Virus record (IMG/VR): IMGVR_UViG_3300042301_003793
Source of the DNA: a virus
Length of the DNA stretch: 64,000 bases
Reading direction: 5' to 3' (one strand)
Shown one piece after another: positions 29,146-39,363 of the stretch. The translations under genes and the position numbers were made by a program. The notes below the pieces were generated by a model. That model did not search any database, was not told where the DNA came from, and saw only the letters and a program-made list of their open reading frames with translations. How positions within the stretch are numbered: position 1 is the first letter of the stretch; each line of letters begins with the position of its first letter.

Positions 29146-30984
29146 TCAAGAAAAGTTAATACCCTTAAAGTTAAGAACTCTTACATTAATATCCTTATTT
29201 GGGAACCTAATTTGATACATTTGGGTTGGTTCTGCAAATATGGTATCGGCAATTAATTCTATTTGTCTTGTTGCTGGGTCAATATATCTTTGTGATGTTT
29301 GTGATGACGAGTACTGACCACCAACTTTATTAAAGAATTGTACATCAGATATACTAATAACACCATCTAAATTTTGGATTCGTTTTCTAATTTCAGAAAT
29401 ATATACATTTTCACCCATTTGTCTATTAGCCGGTGAAAAATATTGTGTTATTATGTCTATAATTTGTGTAACAATTGTTCCTTGATTTTGGCTTGCATCT
29501 AAAACAACATCAACATTTGTACTTAAATCAATAACATTAGCACTTTCAACAGAAATATAATCGTTAATCATTCTGTAATTTGATAAGTAATTAGCAATAT
29601 TCTGTTTTAGTGTATTGGATGTTATTTCAGTTAATTTTCCATCACTATCATAAGATAATAATTTAATCTTAATTTTATTATTTTCTTCAGTAATCGTAAC
29701 TTTAGCTGGTGCACCAAATTGTGATGGCATTGTTCTAATTATTGATTCGTAGTCATTGATTGTAACCGCTCTATTTTGTGCTGAAAAGTTAAATGAAACC
29801 ATTTGTCTAACCTCTTCTGTTGATGGATTGTCTGCCCCACCAATTGCCGCTGTAACGTTATTACATCGTAAAGAATTAATAACGCTTCTATTAACATTAT
29901 CTGATGGACCATTAACAGCAAAATTAACAGTTCCAATTTGACTTATTACATTTATACCTAAGTTTGTATTACTACCACCACCAACTCTATATTGTATAAA
30001 CATTGTTGTGTTAGGTTTTAATGCGCTACCTAATGTTAGGTTGTTTGTATATTTTGAAAGGTCGAACGAAAGACCGTCTCTTGCAAATTCTCTTAACTGG
30101 TCTTCAGCTGAGGTATTACCACCACCAAACGTCATTTTAAAGAATCCTTCTGGTGTATATTCAGTTATAAACTTATCTGTTGTTGTAACATATTTTCCAA
30201 CTTTAATACCTGGACTATCAGATGTTTTTGTTGGGTCTTCAATAAAAACTCTATCTTCCATTAAGGCTTGAACTTCATACCATCGATTGTTTTGACCAAG
30301 AAATTCTTGAGTAGGTGGTATTGTTACATATTGTGTCCCTTCTTTTATTAGTACACTTGTTATACCCAATACATTTTTTTCTGGTAAGAATAATTCATAA
30401 AAAGGTCTAACGTCATTAGGTGTAACAACTTTTTTAAATACTTTTGTAACACCATTAACAACAACTTCACGTTTAATAATTGTATAGTTTATTATTTTTC
30501 CGTTTGAATCGAAATTAGGTATCTTTAATCTATTTGGTGAACCTTCGGCATTTACTGCGGATGAAAAATCGATATCATAAACAGTTTCAAACGGTTGTCC
30601 AGCACCAAGAACTTGAGCACCTCTTCTTAATATACCACAGTAACTTAAATTTTCTTTATCACCAAAAGCTGGTACAGTGATTGAAAAGTCTACTAAGGAA
30701 ACAGAAGGTCTTTGTCCTGGAATTTTTAACCCATAAGTTCTTGCAATATTAAAAACTGAAGATCTTTGTTGGGCATATTGTAAAACAGTTTCTTGAATAC
30801 TTCTATCAATATGGAATTGTAGGTTGTCTGTAACCGCCGCATTTAAATCCAAAAATACCGAAAAAATACCGGCATCGTTAAAGTTTTGTACAAGGTCTGG
30901 ATAATACTGTCTAGTAAAATTAATAAGTTCGGTTCTTATTCCTTGAAAGTCCCTTGTTGTGTACGATATTTTCTTTTCTGCCAT
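29146..30984 (-). CDS. Baseplate wedge protein (T4 gp6 / baseplate J-like)
   Basis: YTTRDF..IRTELI, VLQYAQQRSSV..IA..YG, YRVGGG..TN, GGADNPSTEEVR, QNRAVTINDYE. Confidence 0.85.
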   Translation of the reverse strand: MAEKKISYTTRDFQGIRTELINFTRQYYPDLVQNFNDAGIFSVFLDLNAAVTDNLQFHIDRSIQETVLQYAQQRSSVFNIARTYGLKIPGQRPSVSLVDFSITVPAFGDKENLSYCGILRRGAQVLGAGQPFETVYDIDFSSAVNAEGSPNRLKIPNFDSNGKIINYTIIKREVVVNGVTKVFKKVVTPNDVRPFYELFLPEKNVLGITSVLIKEGTQYVTIPPTQEFLGQNNRWYEVQALMEDRVFIEDPTKTSDSPGIKVGKYVTTTDKFITEYTPEGFFKMTFGGGNTSAEDQLREFARDGLSFDLSKYTNNLTLGSALKPNTTMFIQYRVGGGSNTNLGINVISQIGTVNFAVNGPSDNVNRSVINSLRCNNVTAAIGGADNPSTEEVRQMVSFNFSAQNRAVTINDYESIIRTMPSQFGAPAKVTITEENNKIKIKLLSYDSDGKLTEITSNTLKQNIANYLSNYRMINDYISVESANVIDLSTNVDVVLDASQNQGTIVTQIIDIITQYFSPANRQMGENVYISEIRKRIQNLDGVISISDVQFFNKVGGQYSSSQTSQRYIDPATRQIELIADTIFAEPTQMYQIRFPNKDINVRVLNFKGINFS

Positions 30985-30989
30985 TTTTT

Positions 30990-31451
30990 TTAAATATTAA
31001 GTATTACAAAATCACTTGATTCAAAAGCACTATTTGTAACTTTATAATCAATTTTTACTCTTGCTGTATATTCTTTTTGTGATAATCCGGGTACACGATA
31101 TTCTCTTTGTCCTTTTGAGTTAATATATGTTGCTCCTGGGTCCTCTAAATCAGCTGTTGCTTCTTTTATTTCAATATTTGTAACCAGTACTCCTGGCATA
31201 TATCTTCCAACACTTTCTCTAATTTCAGATTCAACATCAGAAAAAGTAGGACCATCTAATGGTTCAAAAATAAATTCATATAATCTTGTCCCAAAATCGG
31301 GTAAAAAATATCTAGTTCCTTTCCTTGTTAAAAGTAGGTGTATTAAATTACTTCTTATTTCATCATCAGCAGTTGGTGTAACACCAAGATACTTACCAAG
31401 TGATGATTGTTCAAAAGGAAATGCTAAACCATATGTTGTACCGTATGCCAT
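30990..31451 (-). CDS. Baseplate wedge subunit, gp25/gpW-like
   Basis: IRSNLIHLLLTRKGTRYFLPDFGTRLYEFIFEP is the GPW/gp25 signature. Confidence 0.9.
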   Translation of the reverse strand: MAYGTTYGLAFPFEQSSLGKYLGVTPTADDEIRSNLIHLLLTRKGTRYFLPDFGTRLYEFIFEPLDGPTFSDVESEIRESVGRYMPGVLVTNIEIKEATADLEDPGATYINSKGQREYRVPGLSQKEYTARVKIDYKVTNSAFESSDFVILNI

Positions 31452-31514
31452 ATAACATAAATATACATTATAGTAATTTTGAATAAATAATTAAAATCTT
31501 AAATAAGATTTCTA

Positions 31515-32291
31515 TTAGTCTAAACTATCTTCGTGCTTTCTAAAAAATTCTAGTGGTATGTCTCTATGAGCTTTACTGGTTTTTGTTAATGTGCCATTTT
31601 TTTCCATAGCGGCAAGTACTGATTTAATCGAAGGATAACCACCCCAATTACCACTATTTGATAAAGACTTAACATTTGACGGTAATTTTGTGTATACTTT
31701 TGATGAAGATGGATCAATAAGACCAATAAAATCATAGTCTTTTACATTATTATCTATTTCTTTCCAGACCAATCTTCCTCCAGCTGAAAATCCCATAATT
31801 TTTGTTACGTTTTTAGTTTCTTTAAGTTTTTCTAATTTTGAACCTTCGTTATAGTTTATAAATTCAACATTTTTGGTAGACAAACCAGCATTTTCCCATT
31901 GTGATTTCATCCAATTAGCTGTTGCATAACTTATACCACCAATAACCACTGTGGTACCACCACTTTCCGTTTTTGTTTTCTTTTCGTCTTTTTTTTCTTC
32001 AGTATCTTTTTCTTCTTTATCTTTACCGATTTTTACGTCTTTTTTAATATCTTCGATTTTATTTTTAATTTCCTTACCTGTTGGTACTTTATCAATTTTA
32101 ATATCATCTTTTTTATCAAAATCAATACCCGTTATGTCTTTAAAAACTTCTTTGGTTTTACCTTTAACTGTTTCATATGAAGATTTAACAAAATCTAAAG
32201 CATCGTCATACCAAGCTTCATTTAATGTACCATTATCTGTATATCTTTCAATAATTCTTTTTAATTGACTTTCGGTTATTTTGATTTTCAT
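31515..32291 (-). CDS. Alpha/beta-hydrolase-like protein with MKIKITE-type N-terminal peptide
   Basis: N-terminus MKIKITESQLKRIIE..LNE; K/E/D-rich linker; GFSAGG nucleophile elbow, LIDPS, C-terminal His (AHRDIP). Confidence 0.6.
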   Translation of the reverse strand: MKIKITESQLKRIIERYTDNGTLNEAWYDDALDFVKSSYETVKGKTKEVFKDITGIDFDKKDDIKIDKVPTGKEIKNKIEDIKKDVKIGKDKEEKDTEEKKDEKKTKTESGGTTVVIGGISYATANWMKSQWENAGLSTKNVEFINYNEGSKLEKLKETKNVTKIMGFSAGGRLVWKEIDNNVKDYDFIGLIDPSSSKVYTKLPSNVKSLSNSGNWGGYPSIKSVLAAMEKNGTLTKTSKAHRDIPLEFFRKHEDSLD

Positions 32292-32318
32292 AATGCTTTT
32301 ATTTTATAAATATGATGA

Positions 32319-32348
32319 TAAAAAAAAATCACTAATTTCTTAGTGATT
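32319..32348 (-). terminator. Intrinsic terminator after the DUF5522-like gene
   Basis: Stem aatcactaa-tttc-ttagtgatt (32327-32348) followed on the minus strand by a long U-tract. Confidence 0.65.
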
Positions 32349-32559
32349 CTTTTAAGTTTGTATTACCTTTTTGGTAAAGTGGTTCGTAGGGGCAGTGCTT
32401 GCAATTATTTCCACAACATTTACCTCGTTTCATATGGAAATATTCTGTCATAACAATATTACCAGAATCATCTTTATAAAAGTCAGGTTTAGGAGATTTT
32501 TTAGTTGTCTCCTGAACATATAACTGTTGTACCCAATCTTTTGATGCGTTTACCGTCAT
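32332..32559 (-). CDS. DUF5522-like small Cys-rich protein
   Basis: GNIVMTEYFHMKRGKCCGNNCKHCPY. Confidence 0.75.
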   Translation of the reverse strand: MTVNASKDWVQQLYVQETTKKSPKPDFYKDDSGNIVMTEYFHMKRGKCCGNNCKHCPYEPLYQKGNTNLKESLRN

Positions 32560-32562
32560 AAC

Positions 32563-34422
32563 TTATATAATTTCGCAAGCACCTCCGGCACAAGCGGCCT
32601 CACCTCTTAAATCGGTGTTATCTTGTAGTTCAATTACTTTTGTAAGATCAACGTTCTTTAATGTTGCCGATAATCTTTCAAAGTCTTCTTTTGTACAATC
32701 TTCAAATGGTGCCTGTGTGTAAGTTCCTCCGTTGTATGGTAAAACTGATAGTCCATTATAGAATTTTCTATTTTTCCACATCCAATCACCCACTAAGTCC
32801 CACTCATCTTCTTTAATTGAAACTGTTGCTGAAACGTTATGTGAATTTTGTCCACCTCTATGTCCAGGTCTAATCCACTCTTGAGATACTTTTTTCACTC
32901 TTTCAAGCATTTGGAATACTGATTCGTATCTTAAAATTGACCCTTCTGGTGACATTTGAGGAATTGTAATTACCGCAGTATCGTGTGGACGGAAATACTC
33001 ATCTTCAACTAATTCTGGGTGATTAATCGCAAGATACGAATAAATTGCTTCATTTTTTCCAACTCTAATTCTTCTTAAATAGAAGTCATTATGCCAAGCG
33101 TGAATACCAGATGATGTACCTAAAACCAATGATGATGTACCAGACGGTTTAACGGTTGTTGTACGGGCAGCTTTATTAATCCCAATTAAATTTGCAACTC
33201 TCTCATTTTCTTCTTTAACGGCTTCAGCTGCTGCTTTCATATCATAACCTAATACAACACCAGAACCAATACCAGTCATTCCTACACCAATAAGTGCGTC
33301 TTTTTCAGTTGTTCTTTTCCAAACATCTCTCAAATAATGGAAGTCTGTATATCCAGCTTGTAATGTTCCGATGAACGCTGCACCTTTAACTCTTTTTTCA
33401 AAGTCTTCTTGTGAGTCAATATCTGAAGCATTAACCTCACATAGATTACAGAATTGGTATGGACGTAAACCGATTTCACAACAAGGGTTTGTTCCCCAAT
33501 CTTTATCGTTTGATAAATAAATTCCTGGTTCACCAGCTCCAGATAACTCAATTCTTTTCCAAAGACTCATAAAATATTCTTGTGTTATTTTATGTCTTAA
33601 TAATACGGCTGAGTTATTTGCTCTACCTCTTTGTGGGTTTGATTCCCACCAATTTCCAGATTTACAAGAAATCATTTCATCATCATCAGCTGAGAATAAT
33701 GAAATAAGAGCTGCTCTTCTGATTCCACCCGCTAATACTGCGTCAGCAATATGACATACGATGTCGTGAGTTTCAATTGGTGTTAATTTATCACCATCAT
33801 TTTTGTTTTCCAACACCTTTGTAATATGGTGAATACAATCTTTTAATGGTTGAGGTCCTGGTGCTTTTCCACCTGATGTTACAAGGTTTGCCCCTTTTTG
33901 TCTAATATCTGAAAAATCAAATATTGGTGTTGATGCTTTGTATCCGAAATAAGATTCCATCAATACTTTAATTGCATCAGCCCATCCTTCAATAGAATCA
34001 CCAATTAAGTATCTTCTTGTTCTTGTTGGATTTGGTTTTTTAATTTCTGGTAGTTTATCTACGTGATGTCTTTGTACTGAGAATCCTACTCCAGTTCCAC
34101 CTAATAACAAAAACATTGTTTCTGAAAATGCGTCTGTGTGGTCTATCGGTAAATAAGCACAGTTATAAACTCTGTTTGGTGAAATCTCAATTGGTTTACC
34201 ACCAAATTGTAATGATCTCATAGATGGAAGAATTTTTTTATCGTATACCATTTTATATACTTCTTCTATCTCGTCTTTAATGTTTGGGTATTTTTTTTGG
34301 TGCATTTCTTTATTTCTTGTCACCAATTCTTCCCAAGTTTCCCTTCTATTTAATTCAGGGACAAATTTAGCGTATTTCATGTACACCGTAATATCGCTCA
34401 ATATTTTTTGTGAAATATTCAT
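32563..34422 (-). CDS. nrdJ: Class II (adenosylcobalamin-dependent) ribonucleotide reductase
   Basis: LPSMRSL, YNCA, GGTGVGFS, GGIRRAALI, NPCCEI, TTVKPSGT and C-terminal CAGGAC; no small subunit or activase nearby. Confidence 0.9.
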   Translation of the reverse strand: MNISQKILSDITVYMKYAKFVPELNRRETWEELVTRNKEMHQKKYPNIKDEIEEVYKMVYDKKILPSMRSLQFGGKPIEISPNRVYNCAYLPIDHTDAFSETMFLLLGGTGVGFSVQRHHVDKLPEIKKPNPTRTRRYLIGDSIEGWADAIKVLMESYFGYKASTPIFDFSDIRQKGANLVTSGGKAPGPQPLKDCIHHITKVLENKNDGDKLTPIETHDIVCHIADAVLAGGIRRAALISLFSADDDEMISCKSGNWWESNPQRGRANNSAVLLRHKITQEYFMSLWKRIELSGAGEPGIYLSNDKDWGTNPCCEIGLRPYQFCNLCEVNASDIDSQEDFEKRVKGAAFIGTLQAGYTDFHYLRDVWKRTTEKDALIGVGMTGIGSGVVLGYDMKAAAEAVKEENERVANLIGINKAARTTTVKPSGTSSLVLGTSSGIHAWHNDFYLRRIRVGKNEAIYSYLAINHPELVEDEYFRPHDTAVITIPQMSPEGSILRYESVFQMLERVKKVSQEWIRPGHRGGQNSHNVSATVSIKEDEWDLVGDWMWKNRKFYNGLSVLPYNGGTYTQAPFEDCTKEDFERLSATLKNVDLTKVIELQDNTDLRGEAACAGGACEII

Positions 34423-34446
34423 TTTTTACAAATTTAATTATTTTAT

Positions 34447-35835
34447 TTAAGATTTTTGTTTTTCTTGTTCTTTTTGTTGTCTTTTTTCCAACAATTCTTT
34501 GACTCTTTGTCTTTGTCTTTCTTCTTTTTGTTCTTCTAAACCTAAGAATGTGGTTGTGGATTCAGTGTCTATTTCAATCATCGCATTATCAAATTTACAA
34601 TTTTCAAACACCACACCGTCATCTCCAATACGAGACTTGGTAATTGCTATTGTGGCTAATTTCATTTCTTTTTGTTGTAATGTCTTTGCTACTGAAATAA
34701 TAACGTGTCCAACTTGTGCTTTCTTAATTGAGCCGCCCATCTGGTCTGTTGTTACAACTTCCGAAGAAATTGATGACCGATTACCTTGTGTTGCTGTCCA
34801 ACCAGCAATGTTTAGTTCGTGACACATAGCTTCAAATCCTCTCATTACCGAACCTTCACTCTTCCATTCATCTCCTAGGTTTTTATCTGGAACAACACAA
34901 TCAATGTAATCTAAAACAACCATATCTATTTTAACACCATCCGCAATCATCTTTCTAATTTCATTCTTAATTTGCAACATAGTCTTTGTGTCAGACGGTA
35001 GTTTCTTTAAGATTAACTCATTTGGCATTGTTTCCTTGATTTCGTTTACCTTAGTCATCACCTCATCCTTTTTTTCTGACAATTCGTCAGGGTGAATCTT
35101 TGTCCAGAGAGTAAAATGTTTTCTCTGTATCACTTTTGGGTTGTCTTCAAAAAATACTTGAAGTACGTTAAATCCTAGGTTAAATGCGTGGTTTGAAATC
35201 TTTGTTAGAATGGTTGATTTCCCTACACCAGTTGGTGCAAGTATTACACCAATTTCTCCTTTCGCCAATCCTCCTTTTAACAATCGATCAATTCCTGGTA
35301 TTCCCATTGGAATTGGGTGTCTATAGTCATCATCCAAGACTTGGTCTAGGTTTGAAAAGACATCTAACATTGATGTGTCTTTTGAACCAACAAGTAATGC
35401 GTCTCTTACCAATTCTTCTAGAGTATCATAGTTTTCAAACTCACCCCCGTCTATAATCTTTTGAGCCTTTTTCATAACCTTCTGTAATTCTTGTTGTTTA
35501 CAGAATTTTAATGCCTTTTCTTGTACGAAATCTACTCCGTCGATAGGTGCAGACTTGATTTTCTTAATAGTATCAAGCACAACCTTAACGGCAGTTTCTT
35601 GTTGAAGTTCGGATTTTGCGACTTGTTCTAATGTGTCAAATGATGGTGTATGGTCATACTTTTTATAGTATTCTTTTATCATTTGAATGATGATTTTGAA
35701 ATACTTGTTTTCAAAATAATTGTTCTCTATTACGTCAATAATCGAATGTGAAAAGTCTTTGTCTACAATGATTTGATTAAGTAATTGTATTTGAAAATTG
35801 TTGCCAAGATATTCAAAGTTTTTGTTTGTCGCCAT
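34447..35835 (-). CDS. dnaB: Replicative DNA helicase (DnaB/T4 gp41-like)
   Basis: Walker A APTGVGKS, VVLDYID, WTATQGNR, KSR arginine finger. Confidence 0.9.
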   Translation of the reverse strand: MATNKNFEYLGNNFQIQLLNQIIVDKDFSHSIIDVIENNYFENKYFKIIIQMIKEYYKKYDHTPSFDTLEQVAKSELQQETAVKVVLDTIKKIKSAPIDGVDFVQEKALKFCKQQELQKVMKKAQKIIDGGEFENYDTLEELVRDALLVGSKDTSMLDVFSNLDQVLDDDYRHPIPMGIPGIDRLLKGGLAKGEIGVILAPTGVGKSTILTKISNHAFNLGFNVLQVFFEDNPKVIQRKHFTLWTKIHPDELSEKKDEVMTKVNEIKETMPNELILKKLPSDTKTMLQIKNEIRKMIADGVKIDMVVLDYIDCVVPDKNLGDEWKSEGSVMRGFEAMCHELNIAGWTATQGNRSSISSEVVTTDQMGGSIKKAQVGHVIISVAKTLQQKEMKLATIAITKSRIGDDGVVFENCKFDNAMIEIDTESTTTFLGLEEQKEERQRQRVKELLEKRQQKEQEKQKS

Positions 35836-35868
35836 AATTTTTCCTTTTATCAGTAAAGATAAATACTA

Positions 35869-36318
35869 TTAGTTTTGAATAAATTGTGGATAAAAATAAT
35901 TAAATTTTCTACCTGAAAAAATGTCAGTAAGTTCAGATAATATGCTTTTCAGCCTTGGGCGTAGGTCTACGGTATATCTTACCTTTGGGGGGTATACTTT
36001 TGCGTCAAATGTCCTCTGACAAATTGTCATGTTCTCAACCTTAATATAAAGGTTAAAATTTTCTTGTCCTTCGGTAATTGAGGTGTTTAATACATCTGGA
36101 TTTTCCATAATTTCATACTGGTTCTCCATCATATAAACAACCGATCTCATTTTTAAATCATATTGTAATCCATTACAAAATGATTTAATGTAGTCGTAGA
36201 ATTGTTCAGACTTATGTGCGTTTTTGTTAAATCCTTTAACATTAAAGAATCTTTGTACAACGATATTATCATTACACATAAGAAGAAATTCTACTTTTGT
36301 TACATCTTGATCTTTCAT
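35869..36318 (-). CDS. Hypothetical protein in the replication cluster
   Basis: 149-aa ORF between exonuclease and helicase. Confidence 0.55.
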   Translation of the reverse strand: MKDQDVTKVEFLLMCNDNIVVQRFFNVKGFNKNAHKSEQFYDYIKSFCNGLQYDLKMRSVVYMMENQYEIMENPDVLNTSITEGQENFNLYIKVENMTICQRTFDAKVYPPKVRYTVDLRPRLKSILSELTDIFSGRKFNYFYPQFIQN

Positions 36319-36323
36319 TTTTT

Positions 36324-37340
36324 TTACTTTTTTGTTTTGTTTCTAAAATTTGTTTTTTCTTTTCTTGATAGTTTTAAAAATGGTTTTAAAAAATTTACCC
36401 AAGCGTCGTCACCCTTTGGGAGAAATTTGAAGAATCCGTCTTCCATCATCATTCTTATTAGGTTTCTGTGTCCTCGTCCATCAGGATCCAATGACTCTGA
36501 GTAATATGACCTAACAAGTTCTTTTCCTTCCTGAGAAATGAGTGGATTAGCTAGGTCCACCAATTTTTCATTAATTGTGAAAAACTCTTCTCCAAATATT
36601 CCCTCTTTGGTTTTCCCACTAAGGAGATTTTGTAAAGCAACATTTCCCTTCTGTTCTGAAAGTAACATTTCTGCCTTTGTTAAAATATCGGTATATTTTA
36701 ATTCAGTATCAAGTATTTCAGGAAACAGTTTAAGAAATGTTTTTTCACCCAAATAAAAAATACCATCAATATTATCTGAACTATCACCAGTTAATATTTT
36801 ATAGGTTTTAACATTATAGTGTGGTATTTCGGATTCATATATTTTAATTCCGTCACCATTCTTATAATATCGCTTTTGTTGGGGTGAATATATAGTTACC
36901 CTCTCAGAAATAAGTTGTGTTAAATCTCTATCTGATGAAAATATTGTTTTATCTTCATCTTCTGAAATCTGACAATAGTAAGCTATCAAATCGTCGGCCT
37001 CCGATTGTTCAACTTCTAATTGTCTAACAAACATTTCTTCTAGGTATTGTTTTACCCTATTTTTTTGGGTTGTAAAAGACTGTTCTTTAAAATCTTCGTC
37101 GTCTTTTTGTTTTCGATTAAGTTTGTACTTGGGATAGATTAGTCTTCTCTGAGAAGAACCTGTTTGACTATCCCAAAATACTACAACTTTATTATAATTA
37201 CTTTCCTCTAAAAATCGTCTTAGAGTGTTTAAAAAATGCCAGGTACCACCAACGTGTTCTCCTTTATTAAAAAAGTCTCTAACACCGTGAAACCCAATTT
37301 TTAATAGATTGTTTCCATCAACTAATAAAGTCTTAGTCAT
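36324..37340 (-). CDS. 5'-3' exonuclease / flap endonuclease (Pol I N-terminal-like)
   Basis: LLVDGNNL, VVFWD, EADDLIA, SSDRDLTQL, GDSSDNIDG. Confidence 0.9.
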   Translation of the reverse strand: MTKTLLVDGNNLLKIGFHGVRDFFNKGEHVGGTWHFLNTLRRFLEESNYNKVVVFWDSQTGSSQRRLIYPKYKLNRKQKDDEDFKEQSFTTQKNRVKQYLEEMFVRQLEVEQSEADDLIAYYCQISEDEDKTIFSSDRDLTQLISERVTIYSPQQKRYYKNGDGIKIYESEIPHYNVKTYKILTGDSSDNIDGIFYLGEKTFLKLFPEILDTELKYTDILTKAEMLLSEQKGNVALQNLLSGKTKEGIFGEEFFTINEKLVDLANPLISQEGKELVRSYYSESLDPDGRGHRNLIRMMMEDGFFKFLPKGDDAWVNFLKPFLKLSRKEKTNFRNKTKK

Positions 37341-38355
37341 TAGATATTTCGTTTATTGGATTTGACATTGCTGGTTCTTTTTCTTCCATATATTCAGAAA
37401 AAAATTCACTGAAAATCGCTTCCATAACTGGAACACAGATTGAGTTTCCAGCTAGTGCTACGTGTGCCGTGTTTGATAAAGTAGTTGTTAATAACAAATT
37501 AATATCTTCTTCTCTAACACCCATAAATCTATAACCTTCTCTTGCTGTAATTGTTCTCACTCTACCATCTTCAGTTAATAACTGTGGTGAACCACTTGTT
37601 GTAAGACAAGGTGAACAGCCTTCAACAGAGTAAATTCTTCTTGTTTGGTCATAACTAACATCGTCTCTTCTACCAACTAATTTACAAATCGTATGTTTTT
37701 TTGGTTCATGTGGTGTGAATGGACAATCAACAATCAAAGATTCACTAAAGTTTTCGTCAATAAAAGATTTCATTGGTACTCTTGTTTTTTTATGACTATC
37801 AACGTTCATCATTTTTTCTTGTACTTCTTCAATACTACTATTTAGAACTGACATCATAAAAACTCTTTCTCTATTTTGTGGACAACCGAAGTCGGCACCA
37901 TTAAGGACTCTCCAATAAGAACTATACCCAAGTCCTCTTAAAAAATAGATATGTTTTTTAAAATTTTCGTAATGATTTTTTGAAACCAAGTTTTTAACGT
38001 TTTCCATTAACAAAAATTTTGGTCTATTTGCCGATAATAATCTTTCAACATCAAATAATAATCCACTTCTTGTTCCTTCTTTAATTCCTCTTTGTACTCC
38101 AGATATTGAAATGTCTTGGCAAGGAAATGAATATGTTAGTAAGTCACAACTTGGAAAGTTATTTTCATCAATTTTTGTAATATCACCTAAATTTCCATAA
38201 GTTGTTGTATGTAAAACATCATAACATTCGTTTGCCTGTTTGAAGTTATCACAGTTTGCAACATTTTCATAGTCAACACCAATGTATTTAAGTGCTAACT
38301 CTTGTGTTCCGTAACCGGAAAATAACGATACTACTTTTAATTTATTCTTGTTCAT
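37333..38355 (-). CDS. dcm: DNA (cytosine-5) methyltransferase
   Basis: SLFSGYG (motif I), SFPCQDIS (catalytic PC), MENV, QNRERVF, AGNSI. Confidence 0.9.
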   Translation of the reverse strand: MNKNKLKVVSLFSGYGTQELALKYIGVDYENVANCDNFKQANECYDVLHTTTYGNLGDITKIDENNFPSCDLLTYSFPCQDISISGVQRGIKEGTRSGLLFDVERLLSANRPKFLLMENVKNLVSKNHYENFKKHIYFLRGLGYSSYWRVLNGADFGCPQNRERVFMMSVLNSSIEEVQEKMMNVDSHKKTRVPMKSFIDENFSESLIVDCPFTPHEPKKHTICKLVGRRDDVSYDQTRRIYSVEGCSPCLTTSGSPQLLTEDGRVRTITAREGYRFMGVREEDINLLLTTTLSNTAHVALAGNSICVPVMEAIFSEFFSEYMEEKEPAMSNPINEISND

Positions 38356-39352
38356 AAACCTTTTCTTCTTTTAAATCAAATTCACCATCTACACCAATAA
38401 TTGTTTTCCAATATTCGGCATAATCTTTTTTGTAGTCTTCAATAGACTTTTTTTCTTCCGTAGCATCCTTTCCAGGTAAAAACCCGTGAGGTGTTACAAT
38501 AATTTTACCATCTTCAAAACCAAGTCCATTAATGTGGTTTTTCATAACCGATACTTTTGTTCTTGATGCAAATTTAACAGTTCTTTTATCTTTTGTTGCT
38601 GTAATTTTTGTTGTTCCAGCACCTTTTTGATTTCCGTATAAAAATACTAAAGATGAATTTAACCAAATTGCTTCACCACCTTTTGCTTTAATTTTTGGTT
38701 GACCAAATGGATTGTCTGGTAATTCTACCCAAGGTTGATTTACAATAATTAATGTATTCTCAAATTTTGAATCTGCTTTTCTTGAACCAGAAATTCTTTG
38801 GTTAATTCCCATTCCAATCTTATCGGCTAAAACACTTGCATTGTGTTGTTTACCACCTTTACCTTCATAGGTCATTTTACAAGGAACGGAACCAACAGAA
38901 TCCCACATAATACATAATGAATAATCAAGTTCACCTTTTTCTTGAGCATCTAACAAATCATTAATGTAATCTGTAATTTGTTCAATATAACTAAAATTAT
39001 TATTAAACAAAAAGAATCCATCCCAAGTCAATTCACCTGTTTCTTCATCAACAACTTCATCACATTCAAACCCCATAAGTTTTGAGTGTTCAAAAGACCA
39101 TTTTTGTTCTGTGATAATAAAAACTGGTAGTATTTCTTTCTTTTGAGCATCAACAGCTGTTTTAACAAGTGCTGTTGTTTTACCGGTATCTGAGTGTCCC
39201 AAAAACATATTAATATGTCCCATCGCAGGACCTGGAAGACCAACAGCATCTAAAAATGCCGGTCCTAAATCAAAGTATCTTTGTGGTTTGTATTTTGCGT
39301 CCGAAGAGAATTTTTTCTTAATCGAACTAAAGTCATTTTTCTTAATTGCCAT
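38342..39352 (-). CDS. recA: RecA/UvsX-like recombinase
   Basis: Walker A GHSDTGKT, WDSVG, IVNQ, GGEAI, KVSVMKNH. Confidence 0.85.
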   Translation of the reverse strand: MAIKKNDFSSIKKKFSSDAKYKPQRYFDLGPAFLDAVGLPGPAMGHINMFLGHSDTGKTTALVKTAVDAQKKEILPVFIITEQKWSFEHSKLMGFECDEVVDEETGELTWDGFFLFNNNFSYIEQITDYINDLLDAQEKGELDYSLCIMWDSVGSVPCKMTYEGKGGKQHNASVLADKIGMGINQRISGSRKADSKFENTLIIVNQPWVELPDNPFGQPKIKAKGGEAIWLNSSLVFLYGNQKGAGTTKITATKDKRTVKFASRTKVSVMKNHINGLGFEDGKIIVTPHGFLPGKDATEEKKSIEDYKKDYAEYWKTIIGVDGEFDLKEEKVYEQE

Positions 39353-39363
39353 AATTATTTTAT

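Noticed and set aside
37333-38355. Inferring the MTase target from CCGG abundance
   Set aside because: A rough count by eye (about 18 in the first 28 kb) is near expectation for this base composition; a computed k-mer analysis is needed.
32563-39352. Inteins or introns in nrdJ, helicase or recA
   Set aside because: Protein lengths are ordinary and motifs are contiguous; no C/S...HN intein ends or LAGLIDADG/HNH inserts seen.
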